NCBI RefSeq assembly: GCF_000091665.1
Contig: NC_000909.1
Span: 443,581-475,580 of the forward strand
Direction: 5' to 3'
DNA from: Methanocaldococcus jannaschii DSM 2661
Lineage (GTDB): Archaea; AGJL01; Methanococci; Methanococcales; Methanocaldococcaceae
DNA: 32,000 nt
Shown: positions 8,702 through 16,914 of the stretch, piece by piece
How the letters are laid out: each line of letters begins with the position of its first letter
Numbering within the stretch: the first letter of the stretch is position 1
The notes under the pieces: model-generated
The model's database searches: none
Told to the model about the DNA's origin: nothing
Seen by the model: the letters and a program-made list of their open reading frames with translations, nothing else
Translations under genes and position numbers: made by a program

Positions 8702-9370
8702 TCACCACAAATATTTCAAACATTCAGGGAAGTATTTTTTAATATAGTCAAAATCCCGGTCAACATAAATATGCATTGAAATAGCATGATGAGTATAAGT
8801 ACCATAACCAACGCCAACCTTTTTTGCTATATACTCTCCCAACGTTATCAGACCTATCGCATTACTTACGAAAGCCAGTAGTGCGTCATTGCTTCTGAAG
8901 ATAACAGTTTGATACAGTTTCCCATTTCTAATTAAGAATTGAACAAGTTGCAAACAAGGGACGCTTCCTCTTTCATCCCTACTAACCTCAATATCAATTT
9001 TTGGATTCCAAGTAATTGCTACAGCTCTCCTACTATTTTTTTGTTGATTTAATTTTTCAATAATATAATCTATTTGGTTAATTTTTTCATCAGCATAAGG
9101 ATATTCAAACAACCTCTGATGATAATCATAGCTGAAAACATTTTTAGAGCCATATAAAAGATTTTTTGTGTATTCTTCCACAGCTTTCTCTCCCAACGGA
9201 TATTTTTCTGGAACTTTTTTTAATTTTGGATTTGTAATTTCTATAATCGTATTTCTAATTTCTTTAGTCCTCTCTTCAAACTCTGTCTCAACTACTTCGC
9301 CATCTTTCAATATTTTGGGAATTAATTCATTAAAAGCTGAGGCTACAGAAGGCTTTTTTATACATAGCAT
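8702..9370 (-). CDS. thyA: thymidylate synthase (short archaeal ThyA type)
   Basis: RRAVAITWNP and VPCLQLVQF (catalytic Cys context comparable to PCH..FQF of ThyA), then FRSNDA. Length is 222 aa. Confidence 0.85.
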   Translation of the reverse strand: MLCIKKPSVASAFNELIPKILKDGEVVETEFEERTKEIRNTIIEITNPKLKKVPEKYPLGEKAVEEYTKNLLYGSKNVFSYDYHQRLFEYPYADEKINQIDYIIEKLNQQKNSRRAVAITWNPKIDIEVSRDERGSVPCLQLVQFLIRNGKLYQTVIFRSNDALLAFVSNAIGLITLGEYIAKKVGVGYGTYTHHAISMHIYVDRDFDYIKKYFPECLKYLW

Positions 9371-9450
9371 ACTCTCCCTTTGTAATTGTATTTAATTATG
9401 ATAAAAAATAGATACAACAAGTATAAAAATTTGATGAAATATAAAAAAGA

Positions 9451-9738
9451 TTTAAATATCTTCCATTTCAATTATATATAACCATAGAGGGGGCGTAGCC
9501 CCCTCTATTGGGATACTCCCCCAAATCTTGCTTGGACATTAATTGGGGCTGAAAGCCCCAACTTATAACCAATTATCAAAGAAAATATTATTTACTATGG
9601 AATTTAGAAGCCCAAAGGGCTTCTATAGTGCCTTATTTAATTAAAAACTTTGATAATTGGTTAAATGGACGTGAAGTATCCCAATAGAAGGTTTCCTCCT
9701 ATGGGAGTTAAATGTCTTCCATTTCAGTTATTATATAA
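9451..9738. repeat. palindromic modular element E1 (core 9482-9706) with flanking about 31-bp direct repeats
   Basis: The terminal inverted hairpin modules are CCATAGAGGGGGCGTAGCCCCCTCTATTGGGATAC (9482-9516) and GTATCCCAATAGAAGGTTTCCTCCTATGG (9676-9704). Module D is inside, together with a nested segment bounded by the inverted repeat AACCAATTATCAAAG / CTTTGATAATTGGTT. DR 9451-9481 and DR 9707-9738 each copy the last codons (EMEDI) plus the stop of the 9708 gene. Confidence 0.85.
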
Positions 9739-10412
9739 TTTCCTTCCTTTCCTTCAAATCCTCTAACTAAGAATGTTTTTCCATTTAATTTTAAGCAGAT
9801 TTCTCTAATTGTATCGTCAATTCCATACTCTTCAAGCATATCTAAAATTCCTGGCATAAATTGCTCTAATGTTGCTGGCGGGATGTAGCATCTTTTTGAA
9901 GATGTTCCAAAGTGTATCTTTCCAAACACCTTAATTTTTACATCTACATCTTCTGGGTCTATTTCTCCACAATTTCTGCAAATATAAACTAAACCTCTTG
10001 GTTTAATCTTAGTATCAACAATTCCTCTACATATTTTACAGTAATAATTTACAAATATTGTTGATTGTGAAACCTCCAATATGGCTGGAACTTTCACATC
10101 TAAAACTTCTCCTCTATTGTATAGTTGTTCTTTAGGAATTTCTGGAATTTCTCTTGGATATTTTACACCTTTAATAACTTTTTCAACTATTCTAACGCTC
10201 TTTTCTTCTGTTATTCTACCAAATATCTCGTAACATTTTCCTCTCTCTAAAGGAATTGTTGTTATAAAATTGGCTACTCCATCTTTATCAACCATAGTTC
10301 CAATGTAAAATATTGAACCTTCTTCACTCTCCTTCCTTCTGATATCTACAATTTTAACTTTTGTTAAAATTTGAGAATTTGGTAGTAGTGATTTTATCTT
10401 TCCTAATACCAT
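9708..10412 (-). CDS. hypothetical protein with OB-like N-domain and CxxC...CxxC zinc ribbon
   Basis: MVLGKIKSLLPNSQ... with CKICRG...CRNCGE motifs. ATG 10412 follows SD GGTGAT, and the ORF-track GTG 10421 lies in the SD. Confidence 0.7.
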   Translation of the reverse strand: MVLGKIKSLLPNSQILTKVKIVDIRRKESEEGSIFYIGTMVDKDGVANFITTIPLERGKCYEIFGRITEEKSVRIVEKVIKGVKYPREIPEIPKEQLYNRGEVLDVKVPAILEVSQSTIFVNYYCKICRGIVDTKIKPRGLVYICRNCGEIDPEDVDVKIKVFGKIHFGTSSKRCYIPPATLEQFMPGILDMLEEYGIDDTIREICLKLNGKTFLVRGFEGKEGNYIITEMEDI

Positions 10413-10544
10413 AAATATCACCTGATTATTAATTGGATTGAATTTACACCTCCGCCATAAGGCGGAGGTGTTAGGGTGTGTCCCAATAGAGGGTTTCCCC
10501 CTATGGTGGTTTTATTTTTCCCAATACCATAAAATATCACCTAA
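10398..10544. repeat. palindromic modular element E2 (core 10426-10515: module B + module A) with about 27-bp direct repeats
   Basis: Module B is AATTTACACCTCCGCCATAAGGCGGAGGTGTTAGGG (10441-10476) and module A is GTCCCAATAGAGGGTTTCCCCCTATGG (10480-10506). DRs are CTTTCCTAATACCATAAATATCACCTGA (10398-10425) and TTTTCCCAATACCATAAAATATCACCTAA (10516-10544). Each DR carries the SD, the ATG and the first 5 codons of the downstream gene. Confidence 0.85.
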
Positions 10545-10564
10545 AAAATCAATTTATTGATAAT

Positions 10565-11281
10565 TTAACTATTTATTGTTTCTTCATCAGTCTCTTCCTC
10601 TTCTTTATCCTCTTCTATCAATTCAGGAGCAACTCTTGGCAATACAACCTCATCTATAAACTTTTTATGGACAATGTATTCCTTAGGTTGAACAATTACA
10701 GGTATATCATTTAGCGTTAAAGATATTGCTTTCCTTAATTCTCCTTCCTCAGTTCTAAATTCAACAGCTCCAAATCTCACAAATCCTCTGATAAACATCC
10801 CCGTAAATATTTCTGGATTTGCTTTAATTCCAAACAGTCTCAATCTTCCCCATCCGTATCCATCAAATATTCTAAATATGGTGTAATCTTTACCCGTAGA
10901 TGTTCTTTTATGTTGAACACCTACAACAATTCCAACTATTATCCCTCTCTGAATAGGGACTCCATTAATATCCAAGTAAGTTATTCTTTCATCATCTTCG
11001 TCAATTCTTTTCAAATACTTGGCTCTACACAGAGACAATGGAATTGGAACTGCAGTTCTCATTTCTTGCCCTTTAACAACCTTCAAATCATCTAAATTTC
11101 CAACAAACCTTACATCTTTTTTTGGATATGGTTCATATATACCCAATATGCTTTCATAATCATCAGCCTTAATTTGCAAATAGATTTCCTCTAACTCCTC
11201 AACACCTTCATCAGTATAGACGGTTGAGTATCTCACAATCTCTACTCTATCATCCTCAATTTTTATCCCATATTTTACCAT
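10565..11281 (-). CDS. hypothetical protein, OB-fold-like core with acidic C-terminal tail
   Basis: MVKYGIKIEDDRVEI...GIIVGIVVGVQHKRTSTGKDYTIFRIFDGYGWGRLRLFG... ending in EEDKEEEETDEE. ATG 11281 follows SD GGTGATG. Confidence 0.7.
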   Translation of the reverse strand: MVKYGIKIEDDRVEIVRYSTVYTDEGVEELEEIYLQIKADDYESILGIYEPYPKKDVRFVGNLDDLKVVKGQEMRTAVPIPLSLCRAKYLKRIDEDDERITYLDINGVPIQRGIIVGIVVGVQHKRTSTGKDYTIFRIFDGYGWGRLRLFGIKANPEIFTGMFIRGFVRFGAVEFRTEEGELRKAISLTLNDIPVIVQPKEYIVHKKFIDEVVLPRVAPELIEEDKEEEETDEETINS

Positions 11282-11350
11282 AATCATCACCTGTAATAAT
11301 TGGTAATAATAATTTATGTGACTATATGACTATACAAATCTTTATATATG

Positions 11351-11375
11351 CCCATATATATACTTTTCGGTTAAA
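11351..11375 (-). promoter_or_regulatory. BRE/TATA promoter candidate for the 10565..11281 gene
   Basis: The minus strand reads TTTAACCGAAAAGTATATATATGGG, about 70 nt upstream of ATG 11281. It is nearly identical to the motif at 7156..7136. Confidence 0.5.
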
Positions 11376-11553
11376 CCAACTTGATGCTAAAAAAAAATCA
11401 ATACTTAATATAAAAACAGAAATCTCAATAGATTCATCAAAAATAGCTTAAAAATAAATTTATTATTGGGACTTCTGCAGTTTATATATCAACTTTGGAA
11501 TTTAGATGCCTAAAAGACATTAATTTCCTTTAAAGATTTATTCTTGTATTATA

Positions 11554-12306
11554 TTATTTCTTTTCCCACATCTTTATGGCATTAGTTGGACATACATCTA
11601 CACATCTTCCACACAATATGCACTTATCCTTATTAATCTTAACTTTATCTCCATCTTGATCAATTGCGTTGATAGGACATTCTTCAATACAAACTAAACA
11701 TCCAACACATAGATTTTTATCAACTTCAATGTCTCTGGTTTTTATTACCTCTCCAAGCTCTCTCTCAACCTTTATACATTTTTTTGGGCAGACCTCAGCA
11801 CAAGCACCACAACCCATACATAAATCTAAATTAACCTCAATGCTCTTTCTTCTAACTGCCTTTATAGCATTTGTTGGACAGAATCTTGCACAAATTCCGC
11901 ATTTTATGCAAGTATTTTCATCAAGCTCATATTTTTTTAACCTAATCTTTCTGTGAGGGATTGATTTTTCTTTTATTGTATAATGAACTTCGCTATCTTC
12001 AATCTCTGCCCTTCCCTCTATAACATATATTGCTCCAACAGGGCATGTTTGGGCACAAATTTCACATTTAACACATTTATCTTCAATTATCTTTGCAGAT
12101 TTTTTAACCTTCGCTTTTTCAATTGCATCTACTGGGCATTCTTTGTAGCAAAGATTGCATCTAATACATTTAGTTTCGTTGATATATAACAATTTATAAG
12201 TTATGGGAGTTATTTTTTTGGCTACCTCATTAATATACTTTTTATCCCCATCTATCTTTGATAATATCTCATCCAATGACTTTTTTATCTCAATCAATGT
12301 AATCAC
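11554..12306 (-). CDS. polyferredoxin, six CxxCxxCxxxCP motifs (third ferredoxin gene of the eha cluster)
   Basis: Motifs: CIRCNLCYKECP, CVKCEICAQTCP, CIKCGICARFCP, CMGCGACAEVCP, CVGCLVCIEECP, CILCGRCVDVCP. Confidence 0.85.
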   Translation of the reverse strand: MITLIEIKKSLDEILSKIDGDKKYINEVAKKITPITYKLLYINETKCIRCNLCYKECPVDAIEKAKVKKSAKIIEDKCVKCEICAQTCPVGAIYVIEGRAEIEDSEVHYTIKEKSIPHRKIRLKKYELDENTCIKCGICARFCPTNAIKAVRRKSIEVNLDLCMGCGACAEVCPKKCIKVERELGEVIKTRDIEVDKNLCVGCLVCIEECPINAIDQDGDKVKINKDKCILCGRCVDVCPTNAIKMWEKK

Positions 12307-12349
12307 CTTTCAATGCAAACTATTATGACTTTTTATGAAATAGTATTTC

Positions 12350-12841
12350 TTATCGTAATATTATAGCATTTAACGGGCAAATTTCTTCACACTTTCCACA
12401 AAGCTCACACTTATTTATATCAATCCTTATTTTACTTCCATATTCTTCAATAGCATTAAATGGGCAATTCCTTAAACAAACTAAGCAAGATGCACATCTC
12501 TCACTTATATAATCAATAAATTCATACTTATCTACTTCAATAATCCTTGCATCTTCGTTAATTTCGCATCTCAATCTTATTATTACAATTGCATTTGTTG
12601 GACAAACTTTTTTGCATTTTCCACAAAACACACATTTTTCTTTATTAATAGTTATATATAACCCATCACTACTGTAGGTTATTGCATTCACTGGGCAGAT
12701 TTCAATACATTTTCCACAGCTAATGCATTTATCCTCTTTAACGATAATCTCTCTTTTATTTAAAATAATATTAAATTTTGGGAGTAATTGGATATTTTTA
12801 TCAGCTAAATTGAAATGTTTAGCTATTATTTCCTTTATCAT
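12350..12841 (-). CDS. polyferredoxin, four CxxCxxCxxxCP motifs
   Basis: Motifs: CISCGKCIEICP, CVFCGKCKKVCP, CASCLVCLRNCP, CELCGKCEEICP. The start overlaps the end of the upstream gene by 23 nt. Confidence 0.85.
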   Translation of the reverse strand: MIKEIIAKHFNLADKNIQLLPKFNIILNKREIIVKEDKCISCGKCIEICPVNAITYSSDGLYITINKEKCVFCGKCKKVCPTNAIVIIRLRCEINEDARIIEVDKYEFIDYISERCASCLVCLRNCPFNAIEEYGSKIRIDINKCELCGKCEEICPLNAIILR

Positions 12842-14036
12842 ACAGCTCCCTCTTTTTTTCCATTATTCTTTTATTTTCTTCATAAACTCTCCTTTTTAGC
12901 TCTTCTTTCAACTTTTTGAGGGATAACTTTTCAATCTCTTCTTTAACCTTTCCATACTTCTCAGTGTATAAGACTAAATCCTTCTCAATGCTCTCAATTA
13001 TCTTATCCTCTATTATTCTAACTTTAACCGCCTCTTCTGCCTCTTCTGGCTTAACAACTTTTATAGCTCCAACAGGACATTCTCTTGCGCATGCTCCTCC
13101 TCTAACACACAACTCTGGAACAATATATGGTAGTTTTGTCTCTTTGCTAATTTTAATAGCCCCTGACCCACACACTTTCTGACAAATTCTACAGCCAATA
13201 CACAAATCCTCATCAATAACGTAGCAAATATCCTTCCTCTTTGGTATAATTGGTTTATAAATCCTTATTGCAGTAGTTGAACAAACTTCTATACATAAAC
13301 CACACTTTACGCACTCAACAACCTTTTTTTCATTTAAATCAATCTCTCCTACGCATACATCTTTACATATTCCACAACTTACACACAAGCCACTAACAAT
13401 ATGTGGAATTTTTTCAATAACGTTCTCCTTAATTTCCAACTTCCCAGTAATTTTTTTATTTTTAATTTCAAAGGCTTTATCTATCTTCTCTTTCAATGTT
13501 TTTTCATCAACAACAACTATTGCATTCTCTATAGGACAAACTTTGATACATTCTTTACAAGAAATACATAAAGCCATATTTATTACATATTTCCCTTCTT
13601 TACGCTCAATTACATTGATTGGGCAAGCTCTTTCGCAATTTCCACATCTAACACAGACTTCCTCGTCAATTATAAGATTGCTATATTTAGGTTTATCAAA
13701 AAATAAGCCCTCTGTCTCAACCCTATGCTTATCCATCTCTAAAACTCCTGTTGGACAAACTTCAATACAGTTGGCACATGCTACACAAGAACCTTCATCA
13801 ATCACTGGAAGTTTTTTGTTATACTCTTCGTTGTATATCATTTCAATTGCAAAGGCTGGACAACTTTCCTTACAACCTTCACAGGATATACATTTCTCAG
13901 GAAATTTAACAATTGGAGGTATTTTTCTATATCTTTCTGGAGGAATATAGGAGCTTTTATCTGATTTTGCATCAATAAATCTTTTAATCCACTTTTTTCT
14001 TGCAAATTCATAAAGATACCATAGCGAAGATGCCAT
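12819..14036 (-). CDS. ehaP: polyferredoxin with eight cluster motifs (one degenerate) and a charged coiled-coil-like tail
   Basis: Seven CxxCxxCxxxC motifs plus CVRGGACARECP. ATG 14036 follows SD GGTGA, which contains the ehaO stop codon. The gene symbol is assigned by position after ehaO only. Confidence 0.8.
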   Translation of the reverse strand: MASSLWYLYEFARKKWIKRFIDAKSDKSSYIPPERYRKIPPIVKFPEKCISCEGCKESCPAFAIEMIYNEEYNKKLPVIDEGSCVACANCIEVCPTGVLEMDKHRVETEGLFFDKPKYSNLIIDEEVCVRCGNCERACPINVIERKEGKYVINMALCISCKECIKVCPIENAIVVVDEKTLKEKIDKAFEIKNKKITGKLEIKENVIEKIPHIVSGLCVSCGICKDVCVGEIDLNEKKVVECVKCGLCIEVCSTTAIRIYKPIIPKRKDICYVIDEDLCIGCRICQKVCGSGAIKISKETKLPYIVPELCVRGGACARECPVGAIKVVKPEEAEEAVKVRIIEDKIIESIEKDLVLYTEKYGKVKEEIEKLSLKKLKEELKRRVYEENKRIMEKKRELYDKGNNS

Positions 14037-14041
14037 AACAA

Positions 14042-15184
14042 TCACCTAAATTTAATACTAATTGGAATCTCCTTGCCATCCTTTACTGCAACTATGCATC
14101 TCTCTGTGCATGAAACGCAAGGGTCGATACTTGTATAAGCAGATACAGCATCAGCTACAGTTGGACAAGTCTTTAGCATATATTTATACGCCTCCAAGTT
14201 CATAACTGTAGGAGTTCTAATCATTATCCTCTTTATTATCCCTCCATCAGTTATTTCCATCCTATAAGTTACCTCTCCTCTTGGAGCTTCATTCCTCCAC
14301 TCTCCTTTTCCTCCTTTAATCTCTGCCTTAACCCTTATATCTCCAGAACACTCTTCATAATGCTCTAAAGCCTCTCTAATTAATCTAACGCTCTCAATAA
14401 TCTCTTCATGCCTAACCATCATCCTTGCAAAGTTATCTCCTTCCTCCCTCCACACTGGCTTAAATTTCAACTCTTGATATGTTGAATGTCTTAACCTCCA
14501 ATCACTTTCTGGCAATCCAGAACCTCTACAAATTGGCCCAACAGCCCTCGTCCTCATAACTTCATGATATGGCAAAATACCAATTTCTTTACTTCTTAAA
14601 GCTATTAAAGGCCCTGTTTCAAAAACCTCAATAATATTTTTTAGTTCATCTTCAAAGATATCGAGTTTTTTATATATCTCATCCATCATCTCTCTATTTA
14701 TGTCTCTTCTAACTCCCCCAATTACATTATAACCCATATTAACCCTATTTCCAGTAATCATCTCCATTAAATCCATAATTATTTCCCTAACATTCAAAAG
14801 CCACATAGCAAGTGTTTCATGTTCAATAGATAAATTATACACTGCTGAAGCAATTAAATGGCTGTGTATTCTCTCTAATTCACAAGTAACTACCCTAAGA
14901 TATTTTGCCTTGTCTGGAATCTCTATCTTTGATATATGCTCAATGCATTCAGCAAACGTCATCGTATGCACATAGGAACAGATACCACAAACTCTTTCTG
15001 CTAAGTGAATTCCTTTATGGCAATGTTTTCCTTCCATAATTTTTTCTATTCCTCTATGAACATAACCCATTTCAATTTCAGCATCAACAGGTTTCTCTCC
15101 ATCTAAAACAAGTTTAATCCTTAACGGCTCTTTCAATACTGGATGAATTGGTCCTATAGGAATTGTTGCCATATTTTCACTCAT
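14042..15184 (-). CDS. ehaO: energy-converting [NiFe] hydrogenase A large subunit
   Basis: N-terminal RVCGICS and C-terminal DPCVSCTER Ni-Fe ligand motifs. Size is that of NuoD/HycE-like proteins (380 aa). Confidence 0.9.
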
Positions 15185-15623
15185 CTTTATTTTTTAATCT
15201 CTTTTCTCTCATTGCTATTGCCTTAGGAGCTACCTTTAAGATTGTTTCAATAATCTCAGAAGGTCTTGGAGGACATCCAGGGATTTTTGCATCTACAGGA
15301 ATAACTTTATCAACTCCTCCAACAACATGTCCTTCCTTAAAAATCCCTCCACTCAATGCACAAGCTCCAACAGCAACAACTATCTTTGGTTCTGGTGTTT
15401 TTTCATAAATCTCCTTTAATCTCTCTGCCCATTGTAAAGTTACTGGCCCTGTAACTAATAAAACATCCGCTTCTCTTGGGTTATTATGGACGTAAATCCC
15501 ATACTGCTCAATATCGTATCTTGGAGCTAAGCAGGCAACTATCTCAATATCGCATCCATTACAACCCCCAGTATTGACAACACAAACATGTATTGACCTT
15601 TTTCTGAATAATTCTTTCATCAT
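15177..15623 (-). CDS. ehaN: energy-converting hydrogenase A small subunit (NuoB-like)
   Basis: [17 protein letters not shown] and IPGCPPRP motifs. The ATGATG start at 15623 follows SD GGAGG. Confidence 0.9.
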
Positions 15624-15746
15624 GGCTATTCCTCCCAATAAATTTTAAGAGGCATTGCTTCTTTGCAGAAGCAATGCATCCTGGGTATCCCAATAGGGCG
15701 AAGCCCTATGGTTTCTGAATAATTCTTTCATCATGGCTATTCCTCC
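15601..15746. repeat. palindromic modular element E3 (core 15636-15711: module C + module A) with perfect 35-bp direct repeats
   Basis: TTTCTGAATAATTCTTTCATCATGGCTATTCCTCC occurs at both 15601-15635 and 15712-15746 (35/35 identical by eye). The core contains GAGGCATTGCTTCTTTGCAGAAGCAATGCATC and GTATCCCAATAGGGCGAAGCCCTATGG. Confidence 0.9.
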
Positions 15747-16150
15747 TTTAACAATTTGATAATCATCTGCCTACCTTCCTCCAACGCCTCTTTATATGGC
15801 TTTTTATACAGCAAATAACTTTCAACTACCTTTTTTCTAATTAAATCTGCTTCTTCTTTTTTTATAAGTCCAAAGAAATCACTAAGCCAGCACAGCCCTA
15901 AATCAATATCTACCTTCCTTCCTAAACAGCCCATCTTTGCCTGCTCTGCATAAGCATGGAGTTCATAACAAGATGCAAAATCCAATTTTTTTGCAAATAT
16001 TTCAATAACTTCCTCAACCTCTATCTTTAAAGCTTTAGCTATTGGAATAAATACATCATCCATTAAAAATCTATTATCCTTAAGAACATTCATCTTCTGT
16101 TTTAATGAATTCTCAACATATTTTTTGTCAATATCAACAATCTCAGTCAT
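15737..16150 (-). CDS. ehaM: Eha hydrophilic subunit
   Basis: Soluble protein of about 137 aa between the membrane subunits and ehaN. Named by colinearity with the published ehaA-T gene order. ATG 16150 follows SD GGTGG. Confidence 0.65.
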
Positions 16151-16152
16151 AA

Positions 16153-16437
16153 TTACCACCTCAAGAAATAAAGAAACAGGGCAACTGCTAATCCAACAAC
16201 AAATTCAACTCTTCCATATCCAGGTCTCATACCTAAAGGAAATCCAATTAATAGACATCCAAGCATATACAACGGAGAATTAATTAAAATCCCCCCAAAT
16301 ACTGAAATAGCTAAGGCAAACTTATCAATACCTTTTTCTACATAAGGAGAGGAGTATTTTCTATAGCTATATTCCAATCCAATAAAGTTTCCAATGATAA
16401 ACAATATTATAGCCAAATTTAGCTCAAATAATCCCAT
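16153..16437 (-). CDS. ehaL: Eha small integral membrane subunit
   Basis: 94 aa, about 3 TM helices. Named by operon position. Confidence 0.65.
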
Positions 16438-16448
16438 GATTTCACCAT

Positions 16449-16694
16449 TTACACAGGAATGTAGAGTTTATAAATTGCATATGCAAAGAAAGCTAAAACT
16501 AAGAGCATAAATAAAACCTCAATATCTTCCATTTTATGGGCTATTTTTTTGTTTATGGTTGAGATTGTTAATATCAAGATTAAGCTAAATGCTAAAACTA
16601 CTGGAATGACATTTATTTGCAATAGATTAACCAATACACAATAAATCACGGCAATAATGCATGCAATTGTAAAGAAATAAATGTAGCTTTTCAT
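16449..16694 (-). CDS. ehaK: Eha small integral membrane subunit
   Basis: [18 protein letters not shown]..., about 3 TM helices. ATG 16694 follows SD GGTGG. Confidence 0.65.
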
Positions 16695-16914
16695 TTTATC
16701 CACCCACTGTTAGTCTGTATAAGACCCATAGAGGGGCTTCGCCCCTCTATTGGGATACTCCCCAAATCTTACTAATTTACACCTCCGAGCGTAAGCGAGG
16801 AGGTGTTAGGTTTTGGTGAAGCTTTTACTAAAAGGTTCATCCCAATAGGGGGTTTCCCCTATGGATACAATGTAGCTTTTCATTTTATCCACCCACTATT
16901 AATCGATATAGGAC
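16680..16914. repeat. palindromic modular element E4, full-length composite (core 16726-16868: A + B + E + inverted A) with 46-bp direct repeats
   Basis: The left terminal copy of module A, CCATAGAGGGGCTTCGCCCCTCTATTGGGATAC (16726-16758), is inverted relative to the right terminal copy, CATCCCAATAGGGGGTTTCCCCTATGG (16838-16864). Module B is at 16774-16810. DR 16680-16725 versus 16869-16914 is 41/46 identical. The DR covers the ehaJ C-terminus and stop (VLYRL[I/T]VGG*) plus the ehaK SD, ATG and first 4 codons. Confidence 0.9.
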
